Shown here piece by piece: positions 34,412-46,150 of a stretch of 64,000 nt of DNA. Below the pieces are notes generated by a model. It did not search any database and was not told the DNA's origin. It saw only the letters and a program-made list of their open reading frames with translations. Origin of the DNA: Thecamonas trahens ATCC 50062 (taxonomy: Eukaryota; Protista; Apusomonadida); NCBI RefSeq assembly GCF_000142905.1, contig NW_013657626.1, forward strand, positions 186,001 to 250,000. The letters are read 5' to 3'. How positions within the stretch are numbered: the stretch's first letter is position 1; every line of letters begins with the position of its first letter. Position numbers and translations under genes: made by a program.

Positions 34412-37117
34412 CTACATCTCCTCCTCGTAGAAGAACGCACCGCCCGAGTTGGAAGCCTGCGGTGGCTGCGCGAGATGCGATGGGCGCGGCGCGAGAGTGT
34501 ACGCGCCCGAGTTGGTAGCCGCCGGCGGGAGCGCTTGCTGGCCGGCGATCGAGTACATGCCGCCCGAGTTGGAAGCCGCCGGCGGCTGGGCGAGATGCGA
34601 TGGGTGCGGCGCGAGAGTGTACGCGCCCGAGTTGGTAGCCGCCGGCGGGAGCGCTTGCTGGCCGGCGATCGAGTACATGCCGCCCGAGTTGGAAGCCGCC
34701 GGCGGCTGGGCGAGATGCGATGGGTGCGGCGCGAGAGTGTACGCGCCCGAGTTGGTAGCCGCCGGCGGGAGCGCTTGCTGGCCAGCAATCGGGTACATGC
34801 CGCCCGAGTACGAGGCGGCCGGCGGGAGCGCTTGCTGACCAGCGAGCGGATACGCGGCGTTGGTCGCCTCGGCGAGCGAGCGGAGCTGCGGCGCGCTCGA
34901 CATGTCCGTCATGGTAAACTCGGCCGGCGGCTGCGGGTAGTGCGGGTGGTGGGACATCTGCATCGGCGCCGCGCCCGGGGCGACAAGGACTGGGCCACGA
35001 GCGGCGGCGGTGAGCTGCGCCTGCCGGCGTTGGAGGGCAGTGGCCTGCACCTGCAGCGACGCCGCCCGCGCTTGGAACTGCTGCGCCACCAGCTGCTGCT
35101 GCTTGGCGCGGGCCTCGAGCTCCAGTTGCTTCTTGGGCGATGGAATGACGTACGCCTGCTGCGGCGCCGACCGGACCTGTTTGCCGCGGAGCCGCGCTGC
35201 CGCCTTTTTGTCGGTCTTGCCCTCGTTGACAAACTCGCGGACAGGATCGTCGCGGGCGAGGACCGTAACATGGATGTCGGCATCGCCGGCGTCGCTCGAG
35301 TAGGACGAGACCAAGAACGGCATGCCGGTGGTACCGGGCCGCGGACGGTCGCGCCGCGATACCGGCTTGCCCTTGCCTTTGCCCTTGCCCTTGCCCTTGC
35401 TCTTCGCTTTGCTCGACTTGTGCTTGCGTTTGTGGCTGCGGCCTGCAATGGTCGCGGTGGCAACAGCAGTATCGACTGTCTCGCTGCCGTCAGCCTCGGA
35501 GCCACGTGGCTCGTCGTTCAGCGACTTGTCAGTGCCATGCTCGACGACGGCAAGCTCGTCTCCACCATCGAGCGGAAGCAGTCGGGCGTCGGCGAGGGAC
35601 CGGAACCGCTTGAGGCCGAGGATCAGGAGTACCATGAGGACAGCGACAAGAACGGCCTCGGCAGCGAGCGTGGTGCCAAGCGCATCGAGGCCACCGAGCA
35701 TATCGACGCACACCGTGTCCTGGACCGAGGTAAAGAGCTGCGTTACAAACGAGCACTCTTGCAGCGGTTTGATGTCGGCAAACAAGAGGCGCTGGTAGAC
35801 AGCGACGGCGTCTGCGGCCGAGACAAAAGCCGCCGCTGCCGCCTTGGAGCCTGCAGGACGGCACGACTCGGCGCAGGTGCGAATGGTCATCGGCGCGGCA
35901 TCACACGGACCAACAAGCTGGGAAGGGCAGCCCGAGGCTGCGCCGCCGCCCGGAGTGCAGACCGGATTCGGCGCCGAGTAGCAGCCAAGCTCAAAGTCGA
36001 GGACGTCGGCGAGGAGTAGCGACTCGATGGTGGCGATCGAGCATGGCGTCGGTGGACATACTTGGTACTGTTCAGTACAGAGGAGAGCATGGGCGGAGCA
36101 GGCGGCGGCGGCAGCAGCAGTGAGGCCAGCCTCGGCTTCGGCCACCAGCGAGTCAAACGATGAGTTGGTTGCGCCGCAGCCGAGAAGCTTGTTGAGGACA
36201 GTGGCGTTGGAGATGGCTGACGAGTCGACGGCACGCAGCTCGTCAATCTCGACACAGAGGTCAGAGAAGAGCACAATGAGGAGGACGTGGATGGCAAAGA
36301 TGGACCAGGTGAGGAACATGATACATGTGGCGGACATGGAGCAGCCAAAGGCAAGTTTGCGGGCGTTGAGCAGCGGCCCGGCGAGGCCGACGGCGGCAAA
36401 GATGAGCGGGACGCCCAAAAAGCCGTACATGACAAACAGCCGGATGGCAGAGTACGTCTGAACTGTGTCGCGCATGGTCTGGCCCGAGTCGAGAACCGCG
36501 GCCGCGGCGTCGAGCGCAGGCTGGACCCGGGTCTGGAAGCCGGCCGGCGTGTACACCACGCCGGCCATCTCTGCCACCACCCGCTCAGCAGTCGTCACCA
36601 CATCGATGGCTGACTCGAGGACAGTGTCCACAAATGTTGACGTTGCCGACGAGACGAGCATGTTGCCGAGCATGCCGGCAACAACAACGCCGATCATGGT
36701 CCCAGCAATGCCCACATACAGCGCCTTGGTCCGGACGATGCTCGTCCGCGAGTAGCCAGGAAACTGCGTCTCACGCACAACCGGCTTGAACCAGCCGTGC
36801 GATGGCGAGCGGCCGCCCCAGAAGCCCAGGACCAGCCGCGGGAGGAAGAAGGCGCATGGAACAAGGAGCGAGAGGACGGCAAAGACGACCGGCGGGATGA
36901 TGAGCAGTCCCAGCGATTGCAGATACGGACCATATTGGCACTCGCCGTTCTCATCAAGGCCACAGAACCTGTTGGAGACCTTGCCGCTGAACGCTGTTCT
37001 CGGCATGATCTTCTGCATGCCATCTGCCGTTGTCAGCAGCTGGCGCTGGCCGACGGGCAAAGCCACCGACGTGCCTACGAACAGGAGCAGGAGAAGGAGG
37101 AGGATGGCGGTGGTCAT
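34412..37117 (-). CDS. Tweety/prominin-like 5-TM membrane protein with a long low-complexity cytoplasmic tail
   Basis: Signal peptide, YLQSL before TM1, TM pairs flanking helical ectodomains, SDLC motif after TM4, Cys-rich second loop, last TM ending LGLKRF. Confidence 0.6.
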   Translation of the reverse strand: MTTAILLLLLLLFVGTSVALPVGQRQLLTTADGMQKIMPRTAFSGKVSNRFCGLDENGECQYGPYLQSLGLLIIPPVVFAVLSLLVPCAFFLPRLVLGFWGGRSPSHGWFKPVVRETQFPGYSRTSIVRTKALYVGIAGTMIGVVVAGMLGNMLVSSATSTFVDTVLESAIDVVTTAERVVAEMAGVVYTPAGFQTRVQPALDAAAAVLDSGQTMRDTVQTYSAIRLFVMYGFLGVPLIFAAVGLAGPLLNARKLAFGCSMSATCIMFLTWSIFAIHVLLIVLFSDLCVEIDELRAVDSSAISNATVLNKLLGCGATNSSFDSLVAEAEAGLTAAAAAACSAHALLCTEQYQVCPPTPCSIATIESLLLADVLDFELGCYSAPNPVCTPGGGAASGCPSQLVGPCDAAPMTIRTCAESCRPAGSKAAAAAFVSAADAVAVYQRLLFADIKPLQECSFVTQLFTSVQDTVCVDMLGGLDALGTTLAAEAVLVAVLMVLLILGLKRFRSLADARLLPLDGGDELAVVEHGTDKSLNDEPRGSEADGSETVDTAVATATIAGRSHKRKHKSSKAKSKGKGKGKGKGKPVSRRDRPRPGTTGMPFLVSSYSSDAGDADIHVTVLARDDPVREFVNEGKTDKKAAARLRGKQVRSAPQQAYVIPSPKKQLELEARAKQQQLVAQQFQARAASLQVQATALQRRQAQLTAAARGPVLVAPGAAPMQMSHHPHYPQPPAEFTMTDMSSAPQLRSLAEATNAAYPLAGQQALPPAASYSGGMYPIAGQQALPPAATNSGAYTLAPHPSHLAQPPAASNSGGMYSIAGQQALPPAATNSGAYTLAPHPSHLAQPPAASNSGGMYSIAGQQALPPAATNSGAYTLAPRPSHLAQPPQASNSGGAFFYEEEM
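34441..34835. repeat. 120-bp coding tandem repeat, about 3.3 copies (40-aa unit)
   Basis: Blocks 34441-34560, 34561-34680 and 34681-34800 are nearly identical. Confidence 0.95.
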
Positions 37118-37151
37118 TGCGGGAGGGCGGAGAAAGTGGGGATTGTGTGGC

Positions 37152-37152
<1 letters not shown>

Positions 37153-37205
<53 letters not shown>

Positions 37206-37260
37206 TGTGTGTGTGAAAGGGTGTGGTGGTGGTGGTGGTGGTGGTGGTGGTGGTGTGGTG
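37153..37260. repeat. (GT)n plus (GGT)n compound microsatellite
   Basis: Direct observation. Confidence 0.9.
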
Positions 37261-37354
37261 TGTGTACGTGTTTGGTGTGTGAAGAGGATGGGAAGGTGAC
37301 GCGAGGGGGATAGTTTGGGCTTTGGGTGTACACGATCGCATGGGTGGGTGTGAG

Positions 37355-40300
37355 CTAGGCATCGTCGGCAACGGTGATGACGTCGCTGATGCGCTCCGAA
37401 GCAAGCCACTCACGAAGGACAGCGGTTTCGCGGAAGCGGCGCTTGACGAGGGTGCGAATGTCGACACCTGCAGCTTCCCACTTGGCCTTGGCGGCGGCGA
37501 CGGGGTCGTCGACAGCCTCCTCATCCTCGAGGTCCTCGACGATGGCGCGGACCATGCCTGCGATGAGCTTGCCGACGTGGCCGCCGAGGATGAGCATCTC
37601 GCGCGGGGCGAGGAGCTCGACAATCTGCGAGATGGTCATGAGGTCAGCGGCGATTAGGCGGCCGACGAGGCGGCCGACGTAGAGGCCGCCGAGCGGGATG
37701 TCGATGAGCAAGTCATCGAGGAGGTCCAGGCAGGCCGCCAGACCCTCGACCACGAGATCGGCGGTGATGTCGACGACCGAGCCAGAGACGAGGGCGATGA
37801 ACAGGTCGGGCAGCGACTCGCGGGCGTCCTCCTTCTTCTCGAGCATGATGGTGAGCGACTGCGAGATGAACTTGGGGTAGTACTCGGGCGCGTTGAGCTC
37901 GGCGAGGCACTCGGCCACCTCCTTGGTGTCACGAAGCGAAAAGTACTCCTCAAGAATCGACTTGCCGCGGCGGGCGAGCTTCTCAGGCGAGAGCTTGGCC
38001 GGCTCGGCGGGCGCGGGCTCGGCGGCGGTCGTCGGTGCGGGCGCGGGCTCGGCCTGGGCAGACGAGCGAGACTGGGCAGCAGCACCGCCCGGGCGGCGTG
38101 ACGCCGGCGAGTTGCCGCGCGACGACGACGGCGAGCCCGAGTTGCCGCGCGAGCACGGGCCGGCGACGAGCGAGGGCGGGGCANNNNNNNNNNNNNNNNN
38201 NNNNNNNNNNNNNNNNNNNNNNNNNNNNNNNNNNNNNNNNNNNNNNNNNNNNNNNNNNNNNNNNNNNNNNNNNNNNNNNNNNNNNNNNNNNNNNNNNNNN
38301 NNNNNNNNNNNNNNNNNNNNNNNNNNNNNNNNNNNNNNNNNNNNNNNNNNNNNNNNNNNNNNNNNNNNNNNNNNNNNNNNNNNNNNNNNNNNNNNNNNNN
38401 NNNNNNNNNNNNNNNNNNNNNNNNNNNNNNNNNNNNNNNNNNNNNNNNNNNNNNNNNNNNNNNNNNNNNNNNNNNNNNNNNNNNNNNNNNNNNNNNNNNN
38501 NNNNNNNNNNNNNNNNNNNNNNNNNNNNNNNNNNNNNNNNNNNNNNNNNNNNNNNNNNNNNNNNNNNNNNNNNNNNNNNNNNNNNNNNNNNNNNNNNNNN
38601 NNNNNNNNNNNNNNNNNNNNNNNNNNNNNNNNNNNNNNNNNNNNNNNNNNNNNNNNNNNNNNNNNNNNNNNNNNNNNNNNNNNNNNNNNNNNNNNNNNNN
38701 NNNNNNNNNNNNNNNNNNNNNNNNNNNNNNNNNNNNNNNNNNNNNNNNNNNNNNNNNNNNNNNNNNNNNNNNNNNNNNNNNNNNNNNNNNNNNNNNNNNN
38801 NNNNNNNNNNNNNNNNNNNNNNNNNNNNNNNNNNNNNNNNNNNNNNNNNNNNNNNNNNNNNNNNNNNNNNNNNNNNNNNNNNNNNNNNNNNNNNNNNNNN
38901 NNNNNNNNNNNNNNNNNNNNNNNNNNNNNNNNNNNNNNNNNNNNNNNNNNNNNNNNNNNNNNNNNNNNNNNNNNNNNNNNNNNNNNNNNNNNNNNNNNNN
39001 NNGACCACCGGACCGGCGTCCGCCAGACCCGCCGCGGCCGCCGTGCTGGCGCGCAGACGCGAGCTCGCCGGCGCCAAAGACCGGCTTGGTGATCCGCGCC
39101 AGCGAAAAGCCTGGCGGCGGCCGCGTGTCGAGCGGGAAGCTGCTAGTGTCGATGAGATCCGGCCGGACAGCCTTGGAGAACTGCATCTTGATGAGCGCGT
39201 CGATCGGGTACTTGATGCGTCCGCGCTTGGTCGTCCGCGTGTCGGCAGTCGGCCGCGCGGTCGCCACCGACCGTTCGGCCATCTTGCGCGAGAGCGCCTC
39301 CTCACGGCGACGCTGCCGCTCGGCCTCATCGTCGTCGAGGAGCGCCGAGTGGACTGCGGGCTTGACCGGCGTGGCGGCCGACTTGGCCGCCGCCACAGAG
39401 CGGGACGGCGGGATGAGCGGCTGGTGCGGCTTGGACGGCGCGGCGGTGCGGGCGCGAGAATCGGCACGGGCCTTGGCCTCGGCAGCAGCGCGAGACTTGG
39501 CCTCGGCAGCCGCGCGGGCCTTGGCCTCGGCAGCCGCGCGGGCCTTGGCTTCGGCAGCAGCGCGGGCCTTGGCCTCGGCGGCGGCCCTGGCCTTGGCTTG
39601 GGCCTCGGCTTGGGCCTCGGCGCGGGCCGCCTCGGCGACGCGGCGCTCGTGCTCGGCCTGGACCTTATCGACTGCGGTGATGAGAGCCATGTCGGCGGTG
39701 CGCTTGGCCCAACGCTCAGTAGTGGCCTGGGCACATAGCTGGGCCACCGTCGGCTGGGCGGGATCGAGCGGAGCCGACGCCGGCGCACCAACATACAGCA
39801 GCTGACCGAGGGCGGCGACTGGACGGAGGAACTGCAGCCGCTGAATAGCATGCGGGGTGCAGTGGTCGAGGAGCGGCGCCACAAAGGTGTTGTCGGAGAT
39901 CTTGACCTTGGACCGTGTGCGCGGCGGACGCATCCACGACCAGCCGCGGACGCGCTGCTCACAGACCTGGCCGATGCGCCAGTTGACCTTGGCGTCGAAG
40001 AGCTGCGCCCGCTGCGCAAGCTTGAGGCCGACAAAGACGTGTTCGGCAAGCGCGTGCGCAGCCTCGTCGGCGTCGGGCGCGTCGAGCTTGGCGCCTACCG
40101 TAAGGAAGAGCTGGCAGGCGGCCACCATGTCGCACGTCTGGCGGTCGGTCATCACCGTTTTGCTCTCGGCGAGCGCGGCGGCACGGGCAGCGGCGTCGGG
40201 CGCAAAGTACAGCGAGAGGTCGGCAAAGATCGATGAGAGAATGGCGAGCGAGAGGACGCTGACGTTAAAGAGCTCGCCGACCAGCGCAAGCAGGCCCACA

Positions 40301-41022
40301 ACCTGCCGGCGCGAGAGGCCCAGCTCATGGCGGGACATCATCTTGTCCTGCAGCGCGTTGAGCACAAGATGGACTGCCTGGCTGTCGTCGCGGGCCTGCG
40401 GGAACATCGAGCGCACAGACTTAAACTGCATAAACCGCGCAAGGTGCGCCAGCGTCGGCGTTGCCTTGAGCGAGCTCATCGCCTTGTCGAGCAGCGCGCC
40501 CACAAACTTGGCCACCTCGGCCGTCGTCGACAGGTCCAGCTTGGCCGTCTCGACCAGCGCCACCGAAGTGTCAAAGTTCTCCGGCCGCAACTTGTCAAAG
40601 TACTCCTTCAGCGCGCGCTCCTTGACCTTGACCGGGTCCAGCGGCTCCTGCTGCTGCTGCTGCTGCGAGTGCGACTGCTTATGCTTGCCGCCGCTGCCAC
40701 CTTTGTTCCCACCAGGGCCACTGCGACGCGGGCCGCGCTTGCCACCAGAACCAGAACCGGTACTGCCACCACCACGACCCGCCGGCGAATGGTTCCGACG
40801 CGAACCGTGTCCACCACCACCACCGCCACCGCCACCCGAGCCACCACCACTGTTCCCGCCAGACTCTTTCCGCCAGTCCCGGGGCGAGCGCGGACGGTCC
40901 GCCTTTGCCGATGACGCCGGGGAGCTTCTGTTAGAACCACCAGGAGTCTTCCTCCGCCCGCCACCACCACGGCGACCACCCCGCGGCTTGCCCTCTGTCT
41001 TCGACGTGGATTCCTTGTTCAT
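37355..41022 (-). CDS. eIF4G-like protein (divergent MIF4G, eIF4E-binding motif, MA3), interrupted by gap 38184-39002
   Basis: KEYFDKLRPENFD...LLDKA...LLALVGELFN (MIF4G-like), YPIDALI (YxxxxL-phi) and KSILEEYF..D..E..ECLAELNAP...DDLLIDIP (MA3). Joining across the gap is inferred. Confidence 0.7.
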
Positions 41023-41617
41023 GTCCTGGAGGGGAGGGTGAGGGGGGTGAGGTAGTAGAAACGGTGGATGTGGGGGGGGGAACAGGGAGGGGGAGAGCAG
41101 GGAGGGGGAGAGCAGGGAGGGGGAGGGAGAGAGGGTGTGGGGGTGTGGGGGTGGGGGAGAGTGAGGGTGGGGGCGTACGATGAGTTGAGTGTGTGTGTGT
41201 GTGTGTGTGTGAGGAAGATGGGACGGGGGGGGGGGGAGGGAGGGACGAGGGCATGGGCGGGGAGGAAACTTGGTTTTTGTGGTGTGACGGAAGGGGGGAG
41301 GGGGGGAGGGAGAGATGAGTNNNNNNNNNNNNNNNNNNNNNNNNNNNNNNNNNNNNNNNNNNNNNNNNNNNNNNNNNNNNNNNNNNNNNNNNNNNNNNNN
41401 NNNNNNNNNNNNNNNNNNNNNNNNNNNNNNNNNNNNNNNNNNNNNNNNNNNNNNNNNNNNNNNNNNNNNNNNNNNNNNNNNNNNNNNNNNNNNNNNNNNN
41501 NNNNNNNNNNNNNNNNNNNNNNNNNNNNNNNNNNNNNGGGGGGGGGCGGACGGGGAGGTGGAGGGGTGCGGGGAAGAGGGGGTGGTGGTGGTGGGAAAGG
41601 GGAGGTGGAGGGAGAGT

Positions 41618-42581
41618 ATGGACTCATGCATCATCTGCGGTATCTGTGTGTGTCTCATGGTACCACCCATCACTGTGGCGCGTGTCTCTTGTCGTCCACT
41701 CTGTTTGGGCTCCGTGTGGGACGGGCTGGACGGACGGACGGGCTGGGCGGACGGACGGAGGTGGACGGCAGTCGTACTTTTACGAGCTGTTCTTCTCACC
41801 AGAACTGCCGACACCCCACGGTGGCCCGCTGACGGTGTCAACTGAGGATGGTGCTGACGGTGGTGCCGGGGTGGGGAGCGTAGCGGCAAGTGCGTTGTCG
41901 GGCGGGGCGGATGCGGCGGCGGTGGCGGCGGCAGCGGCGGCGGGCGGGATTGGGAGCGCCAAGATGGACATGCCGCCAACAGTCATCAATCGGGCCGATG
42001 CGTCGGTGACAGTCCTCAATCCGCTGCGGAACAGAGTGCTGCTGCGGCGGCTCGAGCGCAAGACGCTGGTGTTGGACCTGGACGAGACGCTGGTGCACTC
42101 GACGCTGCGGCCGGCGGGCGAGCCGGATCTTGAGCTCCGAGTCCACATCGACTCGTTCCCGTGTGTATTCTATGTGTTCAAGCGGCCGCACGTCGACGCG
42201 TTCCTCAGGCAGGTGGCGGCGTGGTACGACGTTGTCGTGTTCACGGCGTCGCTCCACCAGTACGCCAATCCCGTGCTCGATGCACTCGACCCAGACTCGG
42301 AGCTCATCGCGCAACGCTACTTTCGCGAGTCGTGCACGCTACTGCCGACTGGCTTTGCCAAGGACGTGTCCATCACCCGCAGCGACGGCGACCTGGCCAA
42401 GGCCGTTCTGGTCGACAACTCGCCATCGGCCTTTATGATCAACCGGCACAACGCCATCCCCATCGAGACGTGGCAGTCCAATGTCAACGACGAGGCGCTT
42501 CTCGATCTTCTCCCCTTTCTCAACATCCTCCGCTTTGTGGACGACGTCCGCTCCATCCTCTCGCTGCGCGTGGCGAGGTGA
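41618..42581 (+). CDS. CTDNEP1: Dullard/Nem1-type HAD phosphatase (CTD nuclear envelope phosphatase), intron 41660-41771
   Basis: KTLVLDLDETLVHS, KRPHVDAFL, VFTAS, VDNSP and DEALLDLLPFL...DVRSILS; the spliced N-terminus MDSCIICGICVCLM/SYFYELFF is hydrophobic. Confidence 0.8.
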
Positions 42582-42613
42582 GGTAAAGCTTGATCATGTT
42601 TACGCAGCAAGAC

Positions 42614-43392
42614 TCACGCGCCCATAGTCTGCGCAGGCACCAGCGGGAGGCCAAACTCGTCGACCTCCTCAGTCTCGCCAGCGGCGGGAACGGCGCCCGG
42701 AGTAGTGGTAGGAATAGAGACGTCGGAGAGGTATGACGGCGTGGCGTTGGACTCCATCTCAAAGTCAAAGTCGTCGAGCTCGCCGAGAGCATCGAGCTCG
42801 GCGTCCAGATCCTCCTCGTCAAAGTCCTCCGCCACGCCGTATGAGCGGGCCATGGCCTCCTGGATGTCCTGGTTTTGCTCAAACAGATCCTCCATGTCGT
42901 CCTGCAGGTCCTCGATGGCGTCAATGTCGAGCGCCTTGGAGTTGAACTGCTTCTTGAGCTGCTTGTTGGCTTCCTTCATGGCGGTCACGGTCTGGACCGT
43001 GTCCTGTGCCGTTTCGATGGCAAACGCCGTCTGCTCGATGTTGAACGACTGCTGCATCAGCTGGTCCATCTGCTGTTCGTACATCTTCTTCTGCCGCAGC
43101 ACACGGAGCGCACGCTGCTTGACTCCGTTCTTAGCCGCCCCAGGCCGCATCTTGGCCATCTGCTTCTTGTACCGCAGTAGCTCGGCATCGAGCTTGCGGA
43201 TCTTCTCGTTGAGCCCATCCACTCGCTTGTCGATCTGTAAACATGATGTGGTGAGCTAGAGTGAGACAGCGTCCTGGTAGCACATGCGTGGAAGGGTGGG
43301 AGAGGGGGGGGGGGGGAGCGTACGTTGCCTGTGGTGTCCGAGAGCGACGGGGGTGGGGCCTTCTTGGCACCGACGCCAAACAGTCGCTTCAT
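42614..43392 (-). CDS. CHMP5: ESCRT-III protein Vps60/CHMP5, intron 43235-43323
   Basis: MKRLFG...PPPSLSD, KLDAEL, VKQRALRVLRQKKMYEQQ, IEDLQDDMEDL, VDEFGLP. Confidence 0.95.
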
Positions 43393-43527
43393 GGTATGTG
43401 TGTGTGTTTATATGTGTGTGTGTGGGGTGGGGGGGGGGGGTTGTGTGTGGGTAGGTGTGTTCGGTTGGGTGGAGTGTCTCTGTGTGTGTGTCTCTGTCTT
43501 CGACCACTGGTTCCATGACCAATTGGC

Positions 43528-44070
43528 AGTGGTGGTGATGGTGGTGATGGTGACGGTGATGGTGACGGTGGTGGTGATGGTGGTGGTGGTGGTGGTGGTG
43601 AGTAGTGATGGTGGTGGTGGTGATAGTGAGTGGTGGNNNNNNNNNNNNNNNNNNNNNNNNNNNNNNNNNNNNNNNNNNNNNNNNNNNNNNNNNNNNNNNN
43701 NNNNNNNNNNNNNNNNNNNNNNNNNNNNNNNNNNNNNNNNNNNNNNNNNNNNNNNNNNNNNNNNNNNNNNNNNNNNNNNNNNNNNNNNNNNNNNNNNNNN
43801 NNNNNNNNNNNNNNNNNNNNNNNNNNNNNNNNNNNNNNNNNNNNNNNNNNNNNNNNNNNNNNNNNNNNNNNNNNNNNNNNNNNNNNNNNNNNNNNNNNNN
43901 NNNNNNNNNNNNNNNNNNNNNNNNNNNNNNNNNNNNNNNNNNNNNNNNNNNNNGTGGTGGTGATGGTGATGGTGATGGTGATGGTGATGGTGATGGTGAT
44001 GGTGGTGGTGATGGTGGTGGTGATGGTGATGGTGATGGTGATGGTGGTGGTGATGGTGATGGTGGTGGTG
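43528..44070. repeat. (GGTGAT)n/(GGT)n simple repeat spanning a gap
   Basis: Direct observation on both sides of gap 43637-43953. Confidence 0.9.
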
Positions 44071-44277
44071 TACCCCCCCCCCCTCTCCGCTCCGTTGTTC
44101 GCCGTTGGAGCGCCCGTTCGCTATCCCTCTCTCACTTTCACACTCACTCTCTCTTCAACTGTCGCGGGAGAACACACGGTCCCAACACCAGCCGGGTCCG
44201 TACCACTCCTCCTCCTCCTCCTTCTTCTTCTTCTTCTTCAACCTCAACCACCTGAAATCAAAGTAGTGTCTGCAAGA

Positions 44278-45417
44278 ATGTCTGTGGTCGCTGACGTCTT
44301 TGCTGCCTTTGACGTGGACGAGTCCGGAGCGCTCGATAGCGACGAGTTTGCGTCGGCTGTCGCCGCCATGGGCTTCAACCCCTCGCAGACGCAGCTGGCC
44401 AAGGCTATTGCTGCCATCGACACAGACAACTCGGGCTGTATCTCGCTCGATGAGTTCGAGGCCTTCATCGACAAGCTCGTCGACAGAGGCACAGACTTTG
44501 ATCCCGCCGTTCGCCTCGCCGCCCAGAGAGAAAGCCTCGCCGCCGCTTGCGCCGTTCTGGACTCGGACAACTCGGGCGAGATCGACCTCGCCGCGCTCCG
44601 CACCCTACTCGCCTCGGACGGCGAGCCCATGGACGAGACCGAGATAGATGCCGCCTTTGCTGCCTACATCCCTGACGGCGCGACCTCCATCGCCATCGAC
44701 GACCTCGTCAGTGCCCTCGTCACTCCGCCCGAGGCCTCACACGTCCCGCTCGACGTTCTCCTCCGCCGCAAGCGCCGCATCGCTGCCACCTCGCGCGGCA
44801 AGTGCATCCGCCGTGTCCGCCGTCCTGCACCGTCAGCCGATGCAAGTGCAAGCGCAAACGGAAGCGCAAGCGCAGACCCCGAAGCGGACGCGCACACACG
44901 CCCGGACATCGACAACAACGACGCTTCCCGCTCCGACCGCTCGGCAAGCGAAAATCCGGGCTACGACGACGCTTCCCGCTCCGACCGCTCGGCAAGCGAA
45001 AATCCGGGCTACGACGACGCTTCCCGCTCCGACCGCTCGGCAGGCGACGATGCCGGCTACGATGATGATGCTTATGACGATGGGTACGATCAGGTGCCGT
45101 CGCGTTCTGGCTCCCACTCGGGCTCACGCCATCCCTCGCCCTCCCACTCCCGCTCGGCCTCCCACTCCCGCTCGGCCTCCCACTCTCGCTCGGCCTCCCG
45201 CTCTGGCTCTGGCTCTGGCCCGGGCGCCGCCGATGCCGATGCCGACGACCGCGAGGCGCGTAAGGCCGCTATGCGCGCGCGCATCGAGGCCCGCCGCGCC
45301 GCAGCCCGCGAGCGCAAGGAGGCATCGGTTGACAACGACGAACCTGTCCGCGACTCGACTACCGGCTCTGGCTCCGGCTCGGGCCGCCGCCGCCGCCGCG
45401 TCCGCAAGCAGCAGTGA
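44278..45417 (+). CDS. Calmodulin-like EF-hand protein with a Ser/Arg/Asp-rich tail
   Basis: EF loops DVDESGALDSDE, DTDNSGCISLDE and DSDNSGEIDLAA; fourth loop degenerate. Confidence 0.8.
   Translation: MSVVADVFAAFDVDESGALDSDEFASAVAAMGFNPSQTQLAKAIAAIDTDNSGCISLDEFEAFIDKLVDRGTDFDPAVRLAAQRESLAAACAVLDSDNSGEIDLAALRTLLASDGEPMDETEIDAAFAAYIPDGATSIAIDDLVSALVTPPEASHVPLDVLLRRKRRIAATSRGKCIRRVRRPAPSADASASANGSASADPEADAHTRPDIDNNDASRSDRSASENPGYDDASRSDRSASENPGYDDASRSDRSAGDDAGYDDDAYDDGYDQVPSRSGSHSGSRHPSPSHSRSASHSRSASHSRSASRSGSGSGPGAADADADDREARKAAMRARIEARRAAARERKEASVDNDEPVRDSTTGSGSGSGRRRRRVRKQQ
44917..45062 (+). repeat. 48-bp coding tandem repeat (DDASRSDRSASENPGY), about 3 copies
   Basis: Direct observation. 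Confidence 0.85.
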
Positions 45418-45439
45418 CTCGTTTTTATCCCCCAACGGC

Positions 45440-46150
45440 ACGGTCGTTCGGACGCGTTATCGCGTGTCTCAAAGTGAACAACTCGATGGTGCTTGACTTC
45501 CAGGTCACCGGCCGACGCTGCGCGACGCATGCTTGGCCTGCGGCTTGAGGTGGGAGGCACGCCCGCACGTGATGGCGGCCGACACGTAGACGCCCGCCTG
45601 AAGGATGCCAGACCTGGGAGTATGGGCGAGGCGCGCAAGGTGCCGTACGCCGCCGCTCCTCCGGATCGGCGGGCGTGGACGGTGCTGAGCTTGTTGTTGA
45701 CGACCCGGCGACCAGGAAGAGAAGCAACTCAGAGTTGAACACAGCGGCCGAACGGGATAGCGCGAGGACATTGTCGATCTTCATGCGACGGACGAGCTTG
45801 CCCGTCGGCGTGGCTGCTTAAGTGGTGCCACGCCATCCTGTACTGGATTCTGGACGCCGCGCTCATCAACGCGTACGCGCTCTGTGCCAACGCGAGCCCG
45901 CGCCCCGCCATGACTCGCGTGGCTATCATCGACGCCCTCAACGCCAGCGCTGACGCCGTCAGCTACGCGCCGTCGCGCAAGCGGGAGCGTCCCTCTGCAC
46001 CGGCTGCTCATCATCACCACTTTCCCCAGCAAACTGCTCTGCGACGCGACTGCCTCGCCTGCCGGAAGCTTCATGGCAAGCGATCGCAGCCGCGGATCTT
46101 TTGCGCTGCGTGCGGCGTCCACCTCTGCATCGCCGACTGATTTCTGTTGT
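45440..46150 (+). mobile_element. Decayed piggyBac-like transposase remnant
   Basis: KWCHAILYWILDAALINAYAL (from 45820) resembles the piggyBac KW..LF...LD.A..NAY motif. It is followed in frame by a Cys-rich domain HHHFP..RRDCLAC..IFCAACGVHLCIAD*F, with TGA at an expected Cys. Upstream sequence is frame-broken. Confidence 0.7.
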
